From Opitutaceae bacterium (GTDB lineage Bacteria; Verrucomicrobiota; Verrucomicrobiia; Opitutales; Coraliomargaritaceae), in assembly GCA_051252375.1 (NCBI GenBank), contig JBPOFY010000003.1:160001-224000 (forward strand): a stretch of DNA of 64,000 nt, written 5' to 3'. Both the position numbers and the translations under genes were made by a program. This document shows, piece after piece, positions 1 through 7,935 of this stretch. Below the pieces are notes generated by a model. The model saw only the letters and a program-made list of their open reading frames with translations, ran no database searches and had not been told where the DNA came from. Position 1 is the first letter of the stretch; every line of letters starts with the position of its first letter.

Positions 1-961
1 GAGAGGAGGTGCCGGCTGAGGTAGTTAGGCTGATTTTAGGAAGCCGATCTTTGCGGGATGCATTGAGTTCTTTTTCGGCGGCGGCGAGACGTCGTTCAGC
101 AGCAATAAGATCGGGTCGGCGGCTGAGTAAATCTGCCGGGAGCCCTGCGGGAATGTTTTTGGGCAGCGGGGGAAGGGTGCTTTTTGTGATCAGTTCCGAT
201 TTCGGATAGCGGCCAATCAGGACTTCCAGGCTGCGGGTGGCTTGATCTAGTGCTCGGCGCCGAGTGGTGATATCTGCATCGGTAAAGGCTGTTTGCGTGC
301 GCATTTGTCGCAGTTCTAAGCCTTCGCTGAGCCCGCGCTTGAAGCGTTGTTCGATGGTCTGGAGGTTGGCTTGGTCGGCTTCAGCGGTCTTCTGCGAGAG
401 GTATAGCTGTTCTTGCGCCTCAATGTAGTTGAACCAGCTCTTGGCGACGTTGGCGGCAAGTGAGAGGCGTGCGCCGCGTAGTTCAGCTTCGCTGGCTTCT
501 ACCTGTGCGAGTGCTGCGGAGGAACGGTCTCGGAGTTGTCCCCATAAATCGAGTTCCCAGCTCAAGTTGAGTGCTAGGTCGTAGTTATCAAAGCGAACGC
601 CACCCGTGTTACTTGGACCGAAGGTGCTGATTTTTTGACGTGTGCCATTGAGCCCGAGACCAGCACTGGGCAATTGATCGGCACCAGCGATACGCGCTTC
701 AGCGATCGATTGATCAAACTGGGCGGCTGTGCGTTGTAAATTGGGATTGTTGGCCAGTGCTTCCTCAATCAGCACTTCTAGGTCAGGACTGTTTAGGTCT
801 TTGAGCCAAGCCTCAGGAGCACCTTCAATCGTGCTCGCCGCGTTCCATGTGCTGGGGAGCTCGATTTGCGGATCAATGGATTGCTGCGGAGAGGTCGCAC
901 ATCCGGCGAATGTGATACTGGCTGCGATGCAGAGACCTTGAAACTGTCGTTGAGGTGTCAC
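1..961 (-). CDS. RND efflux outer-membrane factor lipoprotein (NodT/OprM/TolC family), runs off the window start
   Basis: Hand translation of the minus strand from GTG at 961 gives MTPQRQFQGLCIAASITFAGCATSPQQ (lipobox FAGC). OMF motifs follow: ALANNPNL, LSWELDLWG, PAGLPADLLSRRPDLIAAERRL. Not in the ORF track because it has no stop inside the window. Confidence 0.9.
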   Translation of the reverse strand, partial: MTPQRQFQGLCIAASITFAGCATSPQQSIDPQIELPSTWNAASTIEGAPEAWLKDLNSPDLEVLIEEALANNPNLQRTAAQFDQSIAEARIAGADQLPSAGLGLNGTRQKISTFGPSNTGGVRFDNYDLALNLSWELDLWGQLRDRSSAALAQVEASEAELRGARLSLAANVAKSWFNYIEAQEQLYLSQKTAEADQANLQTIEQRFKRGLSEGLELRQMRTQTAFTDADITTRRRALDQATRSLEVLIGRYPKSELITKSTLPPLPKNIPAGLPADLLSRRPDLIAAERRLAAAEKELNASRKDRLPKISLTTSAGTSS

Positions 962-972
962 TTGGTATTGTT

Positions 973-1629
973 TTATTTTGCTGACTGTTCAAAGCCCGCG
1001 CTGGCGTAGTTGATGAGTTCAGTAACCACTCTATCGTAATTACGGGGGCCCAACTTACTCTCGGATAGATTTTCGAGAATCACTTGATCGATTGTGGCAC
1101 CAAGCATCGTGCTGATGCTTAGGAAGAATCGGTATTGTAAGGTTTCAATCGTCATATCAGGGCAACTGCGGTGCAGTTCTGCCAAATAGCGTTGGGTTAA
1201 ATCACGAAAGAGATCTCGGTGCATGCCGCGCATAAAGTCGGCGGGTTCGGTGAACGCGCGACCGATCATTTGAATGAGCGCCGGATTTGGACCTGAGCCC
1301 GCGCCATCTGATTCAAACAGCGGTCGAAATAAGGAATCGAAAATCGAATTCACTGGGACTGGTTGCGGCGCGTATTGCTCAATGAGCTGATCGAGGCGTT
1401 TGAGACGTTCTTCGTTGATCGGCTCGATGCGGTCTCGGATGACTTCGAGTATGAGTTTACTCTTGGAGCCAAAGTGATAATTGACGGCAGCCAGATTGAC
1501 TTTTGCCTCGCGGGTCACATCACGCAGCGTCATGGCACGAAAGCCTTTTTCGGCGAAAAGTTTCTCAGTCGTGCGGATGATTTTCTGCCGAGTTTTATCG
1601 CTAATCGAGGGGTTCATTTTCTGAGACAT
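973..1629 (-). CDS. TetR-family transcriptional regulator (PsrA-like)
   Basis: N-terminal HTH LFAEKGF..TLRDVTREAKVNLAAVNYHFGSK; directly upstream of the efflux OMF gene. Confidence 0.9.
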   Translation of the reverse strand: MSQKMNPSISDKTRQKIIRTTEKLFAEKGFRAMTLRDVTREAKVNLAAVNYHFGSKSKLILEVIRDRIEPINEERLKRLDQLIEQYAPQPVPVNSIFDSLFRPLFESDGAGSGPNPALIQMIGRAFTEPADFMRGMHRDLFRDLTQRYLAELHRSCPDMTIETLQYRFFLSISTMLGATIDQVILENLSESKLGPRNYDRVVTELINYASAGFEQSAK

Positions 1630-1631
1630 GT

Positions 1632-1649
1632 TTTAAACAATCGTTTGAA
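1632..1649. promoter_or_regulatory. Putative TetR/PsrA operator (imperfect palindrome TTTAAACAATCGTTTGAA)
   Basis: 14/18 dyad symmetry, immediately upstream of the TetR start codon; resembles the AAAC-N4-GTTT core known for PsrA sites. Confidence 0.6.
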
Positions 1650-1728
1650 CTAGGGTGATAGTCAAGTGAGTGAGATGAAATGATTGTGGAGGGTTGGGCT
1701 GCCTTAAAAAAGGAATTCGGCGAAAACC

Positions 1729-1810
1729 TGGAGGGTGGGGCTCCGTCGCAACCGCCGATGGTCTGATGCATTTAGACGTTTCTGTGGCAATGACGGAGCA
1801 TTGCCCTCCA
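1729..1810. repeat. GGAG-type REP doublet (REPIN)
   Basis: TGGAGGGTGGGGCTCCGTCGCAACC from 1729, and an inverted arm at 1786-1810 whose reverse complement TGGAGGGCAATGCTCCGTCATTGCC is identical to 25945-25969. Confidence 0.75.
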
Positions 1811-1848
1811 AATGAAGTTACGCATATCAAGTCTTTGTGCGAAGACCC

Positions 1849-1879
1849 AAAAAAGCCGACTCGGGTGAGTCGGCTTTTT
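1849..1879. terminator. Intrinsic terminator downstream of ptsH
   Basis: AAAAAGCCGACTC-GGGT-GAGTCGGCTTTTT hairpin with A/T tracts on both sides. Confidence 0.8.
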
Positions 1880-1896
1880 AAGAAAATAAAAGTGGC

Positions 1897-2202
1897 TTAG
1901 GCTTCTTCGAAGCGGCGTTCGAAGAGGGCTTCGAGTTCGCCTAGCATAGTCGCGGCAGCCTCTGCATCGCCTTCAGCGCGGACTGTTAGTTTGGAACCTT
2001 TGCCTGCGGCCAGCATCATGAGTCCCATGATGCTCTTACCATTGACTTGCTCATCGTCCTTCTCGACCCAAACTTCGCCAGAATAGGTGTTAGCAATGCG
2101 AACAATCATCGCCGCAGGACGGGCGTGAATGCCCATCTTATTCTGCACGGTGAGTTCTTTATGCATGGTTTGCTTCGAGTCGCTGGTTTCTGATGTGCTC
2201 AT
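1897..2202 (-). CDS. ptsH: HPr-family phosphocarrier protein
   Basis: GIHARPAA (His15 motif) and NGKSIMGLMMLAA (Ser46 motif). Confidence 0.95.
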   Translation of the reverse strand: MSTSETSDSKQTMHKELTVQNKMGIHARPAAMIVRIANTYSGEVWVEKDDEQVNGKSIMGLMMLAAGKGSKLTVRAEGDAEAAATMLGELEALFERRFEEA

Positions 2203-2407
2203 TAATTCGGCGGAGAAAACTTATAATATAAGTATTAGCAAGAAATAATCCAAAACTGATTGGATTAAGAGTTATTATTAGTGAATTCGTATTAAGTCTG
2301 TGAAGATTTTGACCGTCAAGGGGTAAAAAACTGGAAAGCCATGAGACTTCTTAGTGAAAGGTGGAGTGAAGTTGTTCTTGAAGTGTTGGTCTATACTGGC
2401 GATCCAC

Positions 2408-2437
2408 AAAAAAGCCCTTTCGTTTGAAAGGGCTTTT
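2408..2437. terminator. Intrinsic terminator downstream of the small basic protein gene
   Basis: AAAAGCCCTTTC-GTTT-GAAAGGGCTTTT; gives a U-tract on the minus strand. Confidence 0.8.
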
Positions 2438-2462
2438 AAAGTGTAAAGGATCGAAGCTCGGC

Positions 2463-2621
2463 TTATTCTTCCGGCTTAGTCTTCTTGAGGCCGATGACGC
2501 GATTGCCATCTTCCCACTCTCCGCGCTTGCGGAGCAGGTCCACGCGCTCGAAACGCTTGAGGACTGTTCGATTCTTTTTGCCGCCACCGCCGGTGGCCTT
2601 AAAGCTGTTGTGTTGTGACAT
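2463..2621 (-). CDS. PVC-superphylum signature small basic protein (TIGR04137-like), 52 aa
   Basis: Hand translation MSQHNSFKATGGGGKKNRTVLKRFERVDLLRKRGEWEDGNRVIGLKKTKPEE*. Matches the family pattern SxHxS...RxVLKRxER...W...GLxK. AAGGA RBS upstream and its own terminator. Below the ORF-track size cutoff. Confidence 0.9.
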   Translation of the reverse strand: MSQHNSFKATGGGGKKNRTVLKRFERVDLLRKRGEWEDGNRVIGLKKTKPEE

Positions 2622-2750
2622 AGTGGGTTCCTTGTTAAAAGTGAAAGCGGAGGAATAAATGGTGGCATATGCTAAAGATCAAGACCTAATCCGCTCTACT
2701 TTCGGCTTTTTATGGGTCTTTTTCTAGTTTTGAGCAGCTTTGTAATGAAA

Positions 2751-4127
2751 TTAGACCAAATAGGGCAGTGAAAGGGAGGCCAAACCTAGAATCAGAAGAA
2801 AGCCACACATGTCCGTGACTGTGGTCAAGATCGGTCCAGATGCGAGTGCTGGGTCCTGTTTCATCGCTTTTAGCAGGAGGGGGACGAGACCACCAACGCA
2901 GACGGCAATTGTGGTATTCAAGGCAAGTGCGCCACCGACGACTAAGCCAAGCACCACATTGCCTTTCCAAAACCATGCAAGACAGCCAATGAGTAGACCT
3001 AAGCAGGCACCGTTGATCATGCCCAGGGTGGATTCCTTGATGAAGACGCGGCCAAATTCTTTAGGGTTGATCAAATCGAGCGATAGTTCGCGCATGGAAA
3101 CCGCCACGGCTTGATTTCCAGAGCAGCCGGACATATCTGAAATAATCGGCAAAAAGACGGCGAGGGCGATGACGGCCTCGAGTGTGTCTTGGTGGAAGGC
3201 AATGACACTTGCTGAAATGATATTGAGGACGATATTGATACTCAACCAAGAGAGGCGTCGTCGGCTTCGCACGCCAAGTGGCATGGAGCGGAGTTCTTCT
3301 TTACCCATCAAACCCTGCAACTTGAGCAAATCCTCTGTGGCTGATTCTTGTAGAGATTCGGTGGAGGCCTCGCGGTCGACGATACCGATCAATCGTTTGC
3401 GTGCGTCCACGACCGGAAGACCTAGGAAGTTGTGTTGCTCGAATAGGTTTTCCAGATCTAGCACACTCGTATCGGCCTCGACCGTGATGGGGTCGGGGAT
3501 CATAATGTCTGCAGCAGTTTGATCACGTAAGGCGAAGAGTAGGTTGCGAACCGGGAGCACGCCTAGTAGCACGTTGCGAGGACCGATCACATAGGCATAT
3601 TGAACGCCGTATTCGATGTATTTTTCGCGCTTAGATTGTATGTCGTTTAAAATCTGCTCGACGGTCATGCTCGCCTTGAATGAGACAAACTCGCTATACA
3701 TTAAGGCGCCAGCCGTGCCTTCCTCGTAGGCCATGAAGCGGCGTGTTTCTGCGGCGACCTTGTCGTCGAGTTCATCTAGAATTGCTTCGCTATCGCTATC
3801 CTTTAGTTCGTTCAGCAGGTCGGCTCGGTCGTCACTGTCGAGTAAGCTGACGATTGGCGCAGCTGCGTCAGGCTCGAGCTCCTCGATAATGTCCGCACCT
3901 TGGAAGTAGTAAACATGTTCGAGGACTTCAGCGCTTTGCTCGGGGGAAAGCAGGCCGAAGAGTTTGGTGCGCTGATCCGCGTCGAGACGATCCACCAGTT
4001 TGGCGGTATCATCTACGTCGGCTTCCTGTAGCGCACTCATGGCCTTGCCGGAATCGGAGGTGTCGATGGCAGCTGTTAATTGCTCTAGCAGGTCATCAAA
4101 ATTGATCGGTGGTGCTTCGTTGTCCAT
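2751..4127 (-). CDS. mgtE: Magnesium transporter MgtE
   Basis: Acidic N domain, CBS pair (TAGALM, LPVVD) and TM domain with RRRLSWL, GCSGNQ and DPALASGPILTTVTD. Start placed at ATG 4127; the ORF track starts at 4187. Confidence 0.95.
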   Translation of the reverse strand: MDNEAPPINFDDLLEQLTAAIDTSDSGKAMSALQEADVDDTAKLVDRLDADQRTKLFGLLSPEQSAEVLEHVYYFQGADIIEELEPDAAAPIVSLLDSDDRADLLNELKDSDSEAILDELDDKVAAETRRFMAYEEGTAGALMYSEFVSFKASMTVEQILNDIQSKREKYIEYGVQYAYVIGPRNVLLGVLPVRNLLFALRDQTAADIMIPDPITVEADTSVLDLENLFEQHNFLGLPVVDARKRLIGIVDREASTESLQESATEDLLKLQGLMGKEELRSMPLGVRSRRRLSWLSINIVLNIISASVIAFHQDTLEAVIALAVFLPIISDMSGCSGNQAVAVSMRELSLDLINPKEFGRVFIKESTLGMINGACLGLLIGCLAWFWKGNVVLGLVVGGALALNTTIAVCVGGLVPLLLKAMKQDPALASGPILTTVTDMCGFLLILGLASLSLPYLV

Positions 4128-4196
4128 GTGTGTCGTGTTGGTTTGAGATGTTGAAGTAGGCTTTACAGGTAGCGGGTTTCGAGCCAAGCAAGATAT

Positions 4197-4583
4197 GTGT
4201 TAATTTTTCTAGTAGCGATCGGATGTGCCCTTGGGGGGATGCTGCGCTATGCCTTGATGACGGGTGTGACTCGTATTTTTGGTGAAGCTTTTCCGTGGGG
4301 GACCTTGTTTGTGAATGCCTTGGGTAGTTTCCTGTTGGGGCTATTGCTCGGTGGCGGAGTGACTTCTGCCGATTCATGGCTTTCGTTTGAAGGCGCGCAT
4401 GCCTTTGCGGTCGTGGGCTTTTGTGGTGGATTGACGACTTTCTCGACTTTCAGTTTGCAGACGCTGACGTTGGTTTCCTCGCAGCAATGGGGGCGAGTGG
4501 CGGCCAATGCCTTTGGCAGCCTAGCGCTTTGTGCGCTATGTGTGATTAGCGGTTACGCAATTAGCGAAGGGATCAGCGCATGA
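4197..4583 (+). CDS. crcB: Fluoride channel Fluc/CrcB, subunit 1
   Basis: GGMLRY, FPWGTLFVNALGSF, GFCGGLTTFSTFS. Confidence 0.93.
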   Translation: MLIFLVAIGCALGGMLRYALMTGVTRIFGEAFPWGTLFVNALGSFLLGLLLGGGVTSADSWLSFEGAHAFAVVGFCGGLTTFSTFSLQTLTLVSSQQWGRVAANAFGSLALCALCVISGYAISEGISA

Positions 4584-4987
4584 GGCAGCTTTTATGGATT
4601 GGTCTCGGGAGTGCATTGGGCGGGGCTTTACGCTATGCTCTCGACCTTATGGCGGCGTCCGTTGGTTTTGGCGCGCTGTCACCCTCAACCTTGGTGATCA
4701 ATTTGACCGGTTCACTCTTGATCGGCTGGCTGGCTGGTTGCTGGGCGACGGGTGGGGCGATTGCTCCGCATCCGTATAAGTGGCATTTCTGGATGACTGG
4801 TTTTTGTGGCGGCTATACGACTTTCTCCACCTTCAGTTGGCAGGTGGTGGATTTAGTCAATCAAGGGCAGGGGCAGCTAGCAGGTTTTTATGCCGCTGCA
4901 AGTATGGGCTTTGGTCTCGTGGCAGCTTGGCTTGGCTTGTCTTTGGCGGTTCGCAGTCGTGCGAGTGATCAGCAAGATCTGTCTTAA
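4580..4987 (+). CDS. crcB: Fluoride channel Fluc/CrcB, subunit 2
   Basis: GGALRY, TLVINLTGS, GFCGGYTTFSTFS; ATGA overlap with the first copy. Confidence 0.92.
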   Translation: MRQLLWIGLGSALGGALRYALDLMAASVGFGALSPSTLVINLTGSLLIGWLAGCWATGGAIAPHPYKWHFWMTGFCGGYTTFSTFSWQVVDLVNQGQGQLAGFYAAASMGFGLVAAWLGLSLAVRSRASDQQDLS

Positions 4988-5062
4988 TCTTACTCGTAAT
5001 CTGAATTCTAATCGCCTTTCATCCGTAAAAGATTACGAATACGAGTAAGATTAGGATTAAGA
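4982..5062. repeat. Inverted pair of degenerate hexamer arrays (GAnTAn units)
   Basis: Left arm TCTTAATCTTACTCGTAATC (reverse complement GATTACGAGTAAGATTAAGA); right arm GATTACGAATACGAGTAAGATTAGGATTAAGA. Confidence 0.65.
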
Positions 5063-5067
5063 ATTTT

Positions 5068-5979
5068 ATGAATCAGACTGAACAATTTGACGCGCCGATA
5101 CAGTTCTACAACCGTCACACCAATTCGGTGGAGACGGAGTCGGTCTATGGGGAAGGCTTTTTGCGCTGGGCATATGGGAATCCGCTAGGTCGATTGACGG
5201 TGGCAGTTGCGGTGAAACGTCTCTGGTTCTCGCGTTGGTATGGCTGGCGGATGGATCGCCCTGCGAGTCGTGAGAAGGTGCTACCGTTTCTAGAACGCTT
5301 CGGGGTCGATCCGGATGAGTTTGCGGATGCCGTCGAGAGCTATGCCACTTTCAATGAGTTCTTTTATCGTAAACTGAAGCTCAGTGCGCGTCCGATTTCA
5401 GAAGGCGAATCGGTTGCAGTCTTTCCAGCAGATGGTCGGCATTTAGGGATACAAGATATCGCCGCGACTGATCAATTTTATATCAAAGGGCAGCAATTTG
5501 ATTTGGCTAAGTTCTTGGGAGATCCGGCACTGGCGGAGAAGTTTGCGGGTGGCTCGGTTTTGATTTCACGACTTTGCCCAGTGGATTATCACCGCTATCA
5601 TTTTCCGGTTTCCGGGCAGGCTGGACCATCAGATATATTGGATGGTAGTCTTCGTTCGGTCAGCCCGCTGGCGTTACGCCGCAGGCTTTCGATTCTCTGG
5701 GAAAACCGTCGCGCGCGGACCGTGGTCGACTCGCCCGAGTTTGGCGAAGTCGTCGTCATGGAAGTCGGGGCGACTTGCGTTGGCGGGATGCATTCCACGT
5801 TCACTCCCGGGGCGATCGTGAAGGGCGACGATAAAGGCTATTTTTCCTTTGGTGGGTCTTGCGTCACCACGGTCTTTCAAAAAGGCGCGATCCGTTTTGA
5901 TGGCGACCTCAACGAAAACGCTGCGCAAGGTCTCGAAGTGTATGCCAAGATGGGCGAACGCTGCGGGGTAGTAGGGTAG
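5068..5979 (+). CDS. psd: Phosphatidylserine decarboxylase proenzyme
   Basis: [29 protein letters not shown] and the self-cleavage region GYFSFGGSC. Confidence 0.93.
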   Translation: MNQTEQFDAPIQFYNRHTNSVETESVYGEGFLRWAYGNPLGRLTVAVAVKRLWFSRWYGWRMDRPASREKVLPFLERFGVDPDEFADAVESYATFNEFFYRKLKLSARPISEGESVAVFPADGRHLGIQDIAATDQFYIKGQQFDLAKFLGDPALAEKFAGGSVLISRLCPVDYHRYHFPVSGQAGPSDILDGSLRSVSPLALRRRLSILWENRRARTVVDSPEFGEVVVMEVGATCVGGMHSTFTPGAIVKGDDKGYFSFGGSCVTTVFQKGAIRFDGDLNENAAQGLEVYAKMGERCGVVG

Positions 5980-6070
5980 CGGCGATGGTCCCCATCGCCA
6001 CACGTTTGAGCCGTTCGACTTAATTAGGAGCGAAACACATGCTATGGCGGTCGGGACGACCGCCCCTACC
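5975..6070. repeat. GTAG-type REP doublet (REPIN)
   Basis: GGTAGCGGCGATGGTCCCCATCGCC at 5975-5999 and an inverted arm at 6046-6070 (reverse complement GGTAGGGGCGGTCGTCCCGACCGCC). Confidence 0.75.
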
Positions 6071-6143
6071 TTTTAGGATGATATCCCTTGAGTTCGTGCC
6101 ATTCCGCTCCTGCGCTACCGGATCAAACTTTCCACTACTTCGT

Positions 6144-7571
6144 TTACGCGTCCTTAAACTGTGCAACCAATCCGGTGACGGTGGCTTTGGCGTCGCCGTA
6201 GAGCATGCGGCTATTCGGTGCGGTGAAGAGTGCGTTTTCTAGACCAGAGAAACCTGCGCCTTTACCGCGCTTGAGACAGAATGCGGTTTTTGCTTTATGA
6301 GCTTGGATGATGGGCATGCCGTAAATGGGGCTACTGGGATCGTCGGCTGCGGCTGGATTCACCACGTCGTTGGCGCCGATAACGATGGCGACATCGACCA
6401 TTTCGATGGTGGGATTGACGTCGTCCATTTCCACGAGTTGCTCGTAGGGGACATCGGCCTCGGCGAGGAGGACGTTCATGTGACCCGGCATACGACCTGC
6501 AACTGGGTGGATTGCGAACCGGACTTCGCAGCCGTTCTCTTCTAAAATACTACCCAGTTCTTTAACTGCGTGTTGTGCCTGCGCGACGGCCATGCCGTAA
6601 CCAGGAATGAAGATGACGTTCTTGGCAGCTTCTAGGATATAGTAAGCGTCGTCCACGGAGATAGGCTTGAGCTCGCCTGTGCTGGCGGCGCCACTGGTTT
6701 GTGCGGTCGCTCCGAAGCCGGAGAAGAGCACGTTGACCAAGGTGCGGTTCATCGCCTTACACATGATGACTGTAAGGATGAGTCCCGAAGCGCCGACTAA
6801 ACAGCCCGCGACGATGAGCACATTGTTTTGAATAACGAAACCCGCGGCACAAGCTGCGAGACCGGAGCAAGAATTTAAAAGTGAAATAACCACTGGCATA
6901 TCACCGCCGCCAATAGGCATGACTGCGAAGACGCCAAGGAGCAGGGAGAGCACGATCACCGTGATCAACATGGGGTAGGCTAATGAACCAGTCGGATCCA
7001 TTGCGAAGATCACGCCAGCGGCGATGATGCCGAGTGCGAGCAGTGCATTGAATGCTTTTTGCCCAGGGAAAGTGAGGGCGCGACCACCGAGCTTGCCGGA
7101 AAGTTTACCCCAAGCATACATCGATCCGGTAAAGGTGATGCCGCCAATTAGGATCGCAAGGACGATGACGGCTGCGGTGAAGGTATCCACAGATTCGATA
7201 CCTGCGGCTTCCACGATCTTACCGAGCAAGTTGCCATTGATGGTTGCATGTGCGCGCTGATATTCGGCGGCACCGACTAGGAGCGAAGCGAGTCCGCCGA
7301 AGCCGTTGAAGAGAGCCACGAGCTCGGGCATGCCTGTCATTTGGACGCGCTTGGCGGCGATAAAGCCGATAATCGAACCAGCGGCGAGTGCGCCGATGAT
7401 GAGTGCGTAACTGAGGTCGCTATCTAATAGAGTGACAATGACTGCTAGGCCCATGCCGACTGATGAGAGCAAGTTGCCCTTACGTGCGGTGGCTGCGTTG
7501 CCGAGCATCTTGATGCCGAAAACGAAGAGAATGGAGGCTGCGATATAAGAGAGATTTACAAATTGTTCCAT
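6144..7571 (-). CDS. pntB: NAD(P) transhydrogenase beta subunit
   Basis: MTGMPELVALFNGFGG, IGGGDMPVVISLLNS, PGYGMAVAQAQH, HPVAGRMPGHMNVLLAEA. Confidence 0.97.
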   Translation of the reverse strand: MEQFVNLSYIAASILFVFGIKMLGNAATARKGNLLSSVGMGLAVIVTLLDSDLSYALIIGALAAGSIIGFIAAKRVQMTGMPELVALFNGFGGLASLLVGAAEYQRAHATINGNLLGKIVEAAGIESVDTFTAAVIVLAILIGGITFTGSMYAWGKLSGKLGGRALTFPGQKAFNALLALGIIAAGVIFAMDPTGSLAYPMLITVIVLSLLLGVFAVMPIGGGDMPVVISLLNSCSGLAACAAGFVIQNNVLIVAGCLVGASGLILTVIMCKAMNRTLVNVLFSGFGATAQTSGAASTGELKPISVDDAYYILEAAKNVIFIPGYGMAVAQAQHAVKELGSILEENGCEVRFAIHPVAGRMPGHMNVLLAEADVPYEQLVEMDDVNPTIEMVDVAIVIGANDVVNPAAADDPSSPIYGMPIIQAHKAKTAFCLKRGKGAGFSGLENALFTAPNSRMLYGDAKATVTGLVAQFKDA

Positions 7572-7583
7572 GACGAGATGGGG

Positions 7584-7611
7584 GCGAGGTGCGTGATGCG
7601 GAATACGTGAT
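7584..7611. repeat. Degenerate heptamer tandem array (RCGnnAT) in the pntA2-pntB spacer
   Basis: GCGAGGT GCGTGAT GCGGAAT ACGTGAT. Confidence 0.5.
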
Positions 7612-7615
7612 ACGA

Positions 7616-7894
7616 CTATTTCTTCTTTTTGAACATGCCGAGCATGCGATCGGTGACCATGTAGCCGCCGACGACGTTAATGGTGGCGAGGACGATTGCG
7701 GCGAAGCCGATCCACATAGACGCGGTGTCTGCTGTGGTCTTTACTGCGAGTATCGCGCCAACTACAGTGATGCCGGAGATCGCATTGGAGCCAGACATCA
7801 GCGGCGTGTGTAATTGTGAGGGCACTTTAGCGATCAACTCGAAGCCAAGGAAGGCCGCGAGGACGAAGATGAAGAGAAGTAGTGTGAGGTCCAT
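7616..7894 (-). CDS. pntA: NAD(P) transhydrogenase alpha-2 (membrane) subunit
   Basis: LHTPLMSGSNAISG and INVVGGYMVTDRMLGMF; split alpha1/alpha2 organisation. Confidence 0.95.
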   Translation of the reverse strand: MDLTLLLFIFVLAAFLGFELIAKVPSQLHTPLMSGSNAISGITVVGAILAVKTTADTASMWIGFAAIVLATINVVGGYMVTDRMLGMFKKKK

Positions 7895-7900
7895 GGGAAT

Positions 7901-7935
7901 TAATGGCTAATGGTTAATAGGTAATGTCTAATTGG
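7901..7935. repeat. Degenerate heptamer tandem array (TAATnnn x5) in the pntA1-pntA2 spacer
   Basis: TAATGGC TAATGGT TAATAGG TAATGTC TAATTGG. Confidence 0.65.

Noticed and set aside
2351..2668. ORF-track calls 2351-2668 (-) and 2424-2618 (+)
   Set aside because: They overlap the real 52-aa signature protein gene and run into its terminator.
4128..4196. Fluoride or Mg2+ riboswitch between mgtE and crcB
   Set aside because: The spacer is only about 70 bp and I see no fluoride-riboswitch or M-box core.
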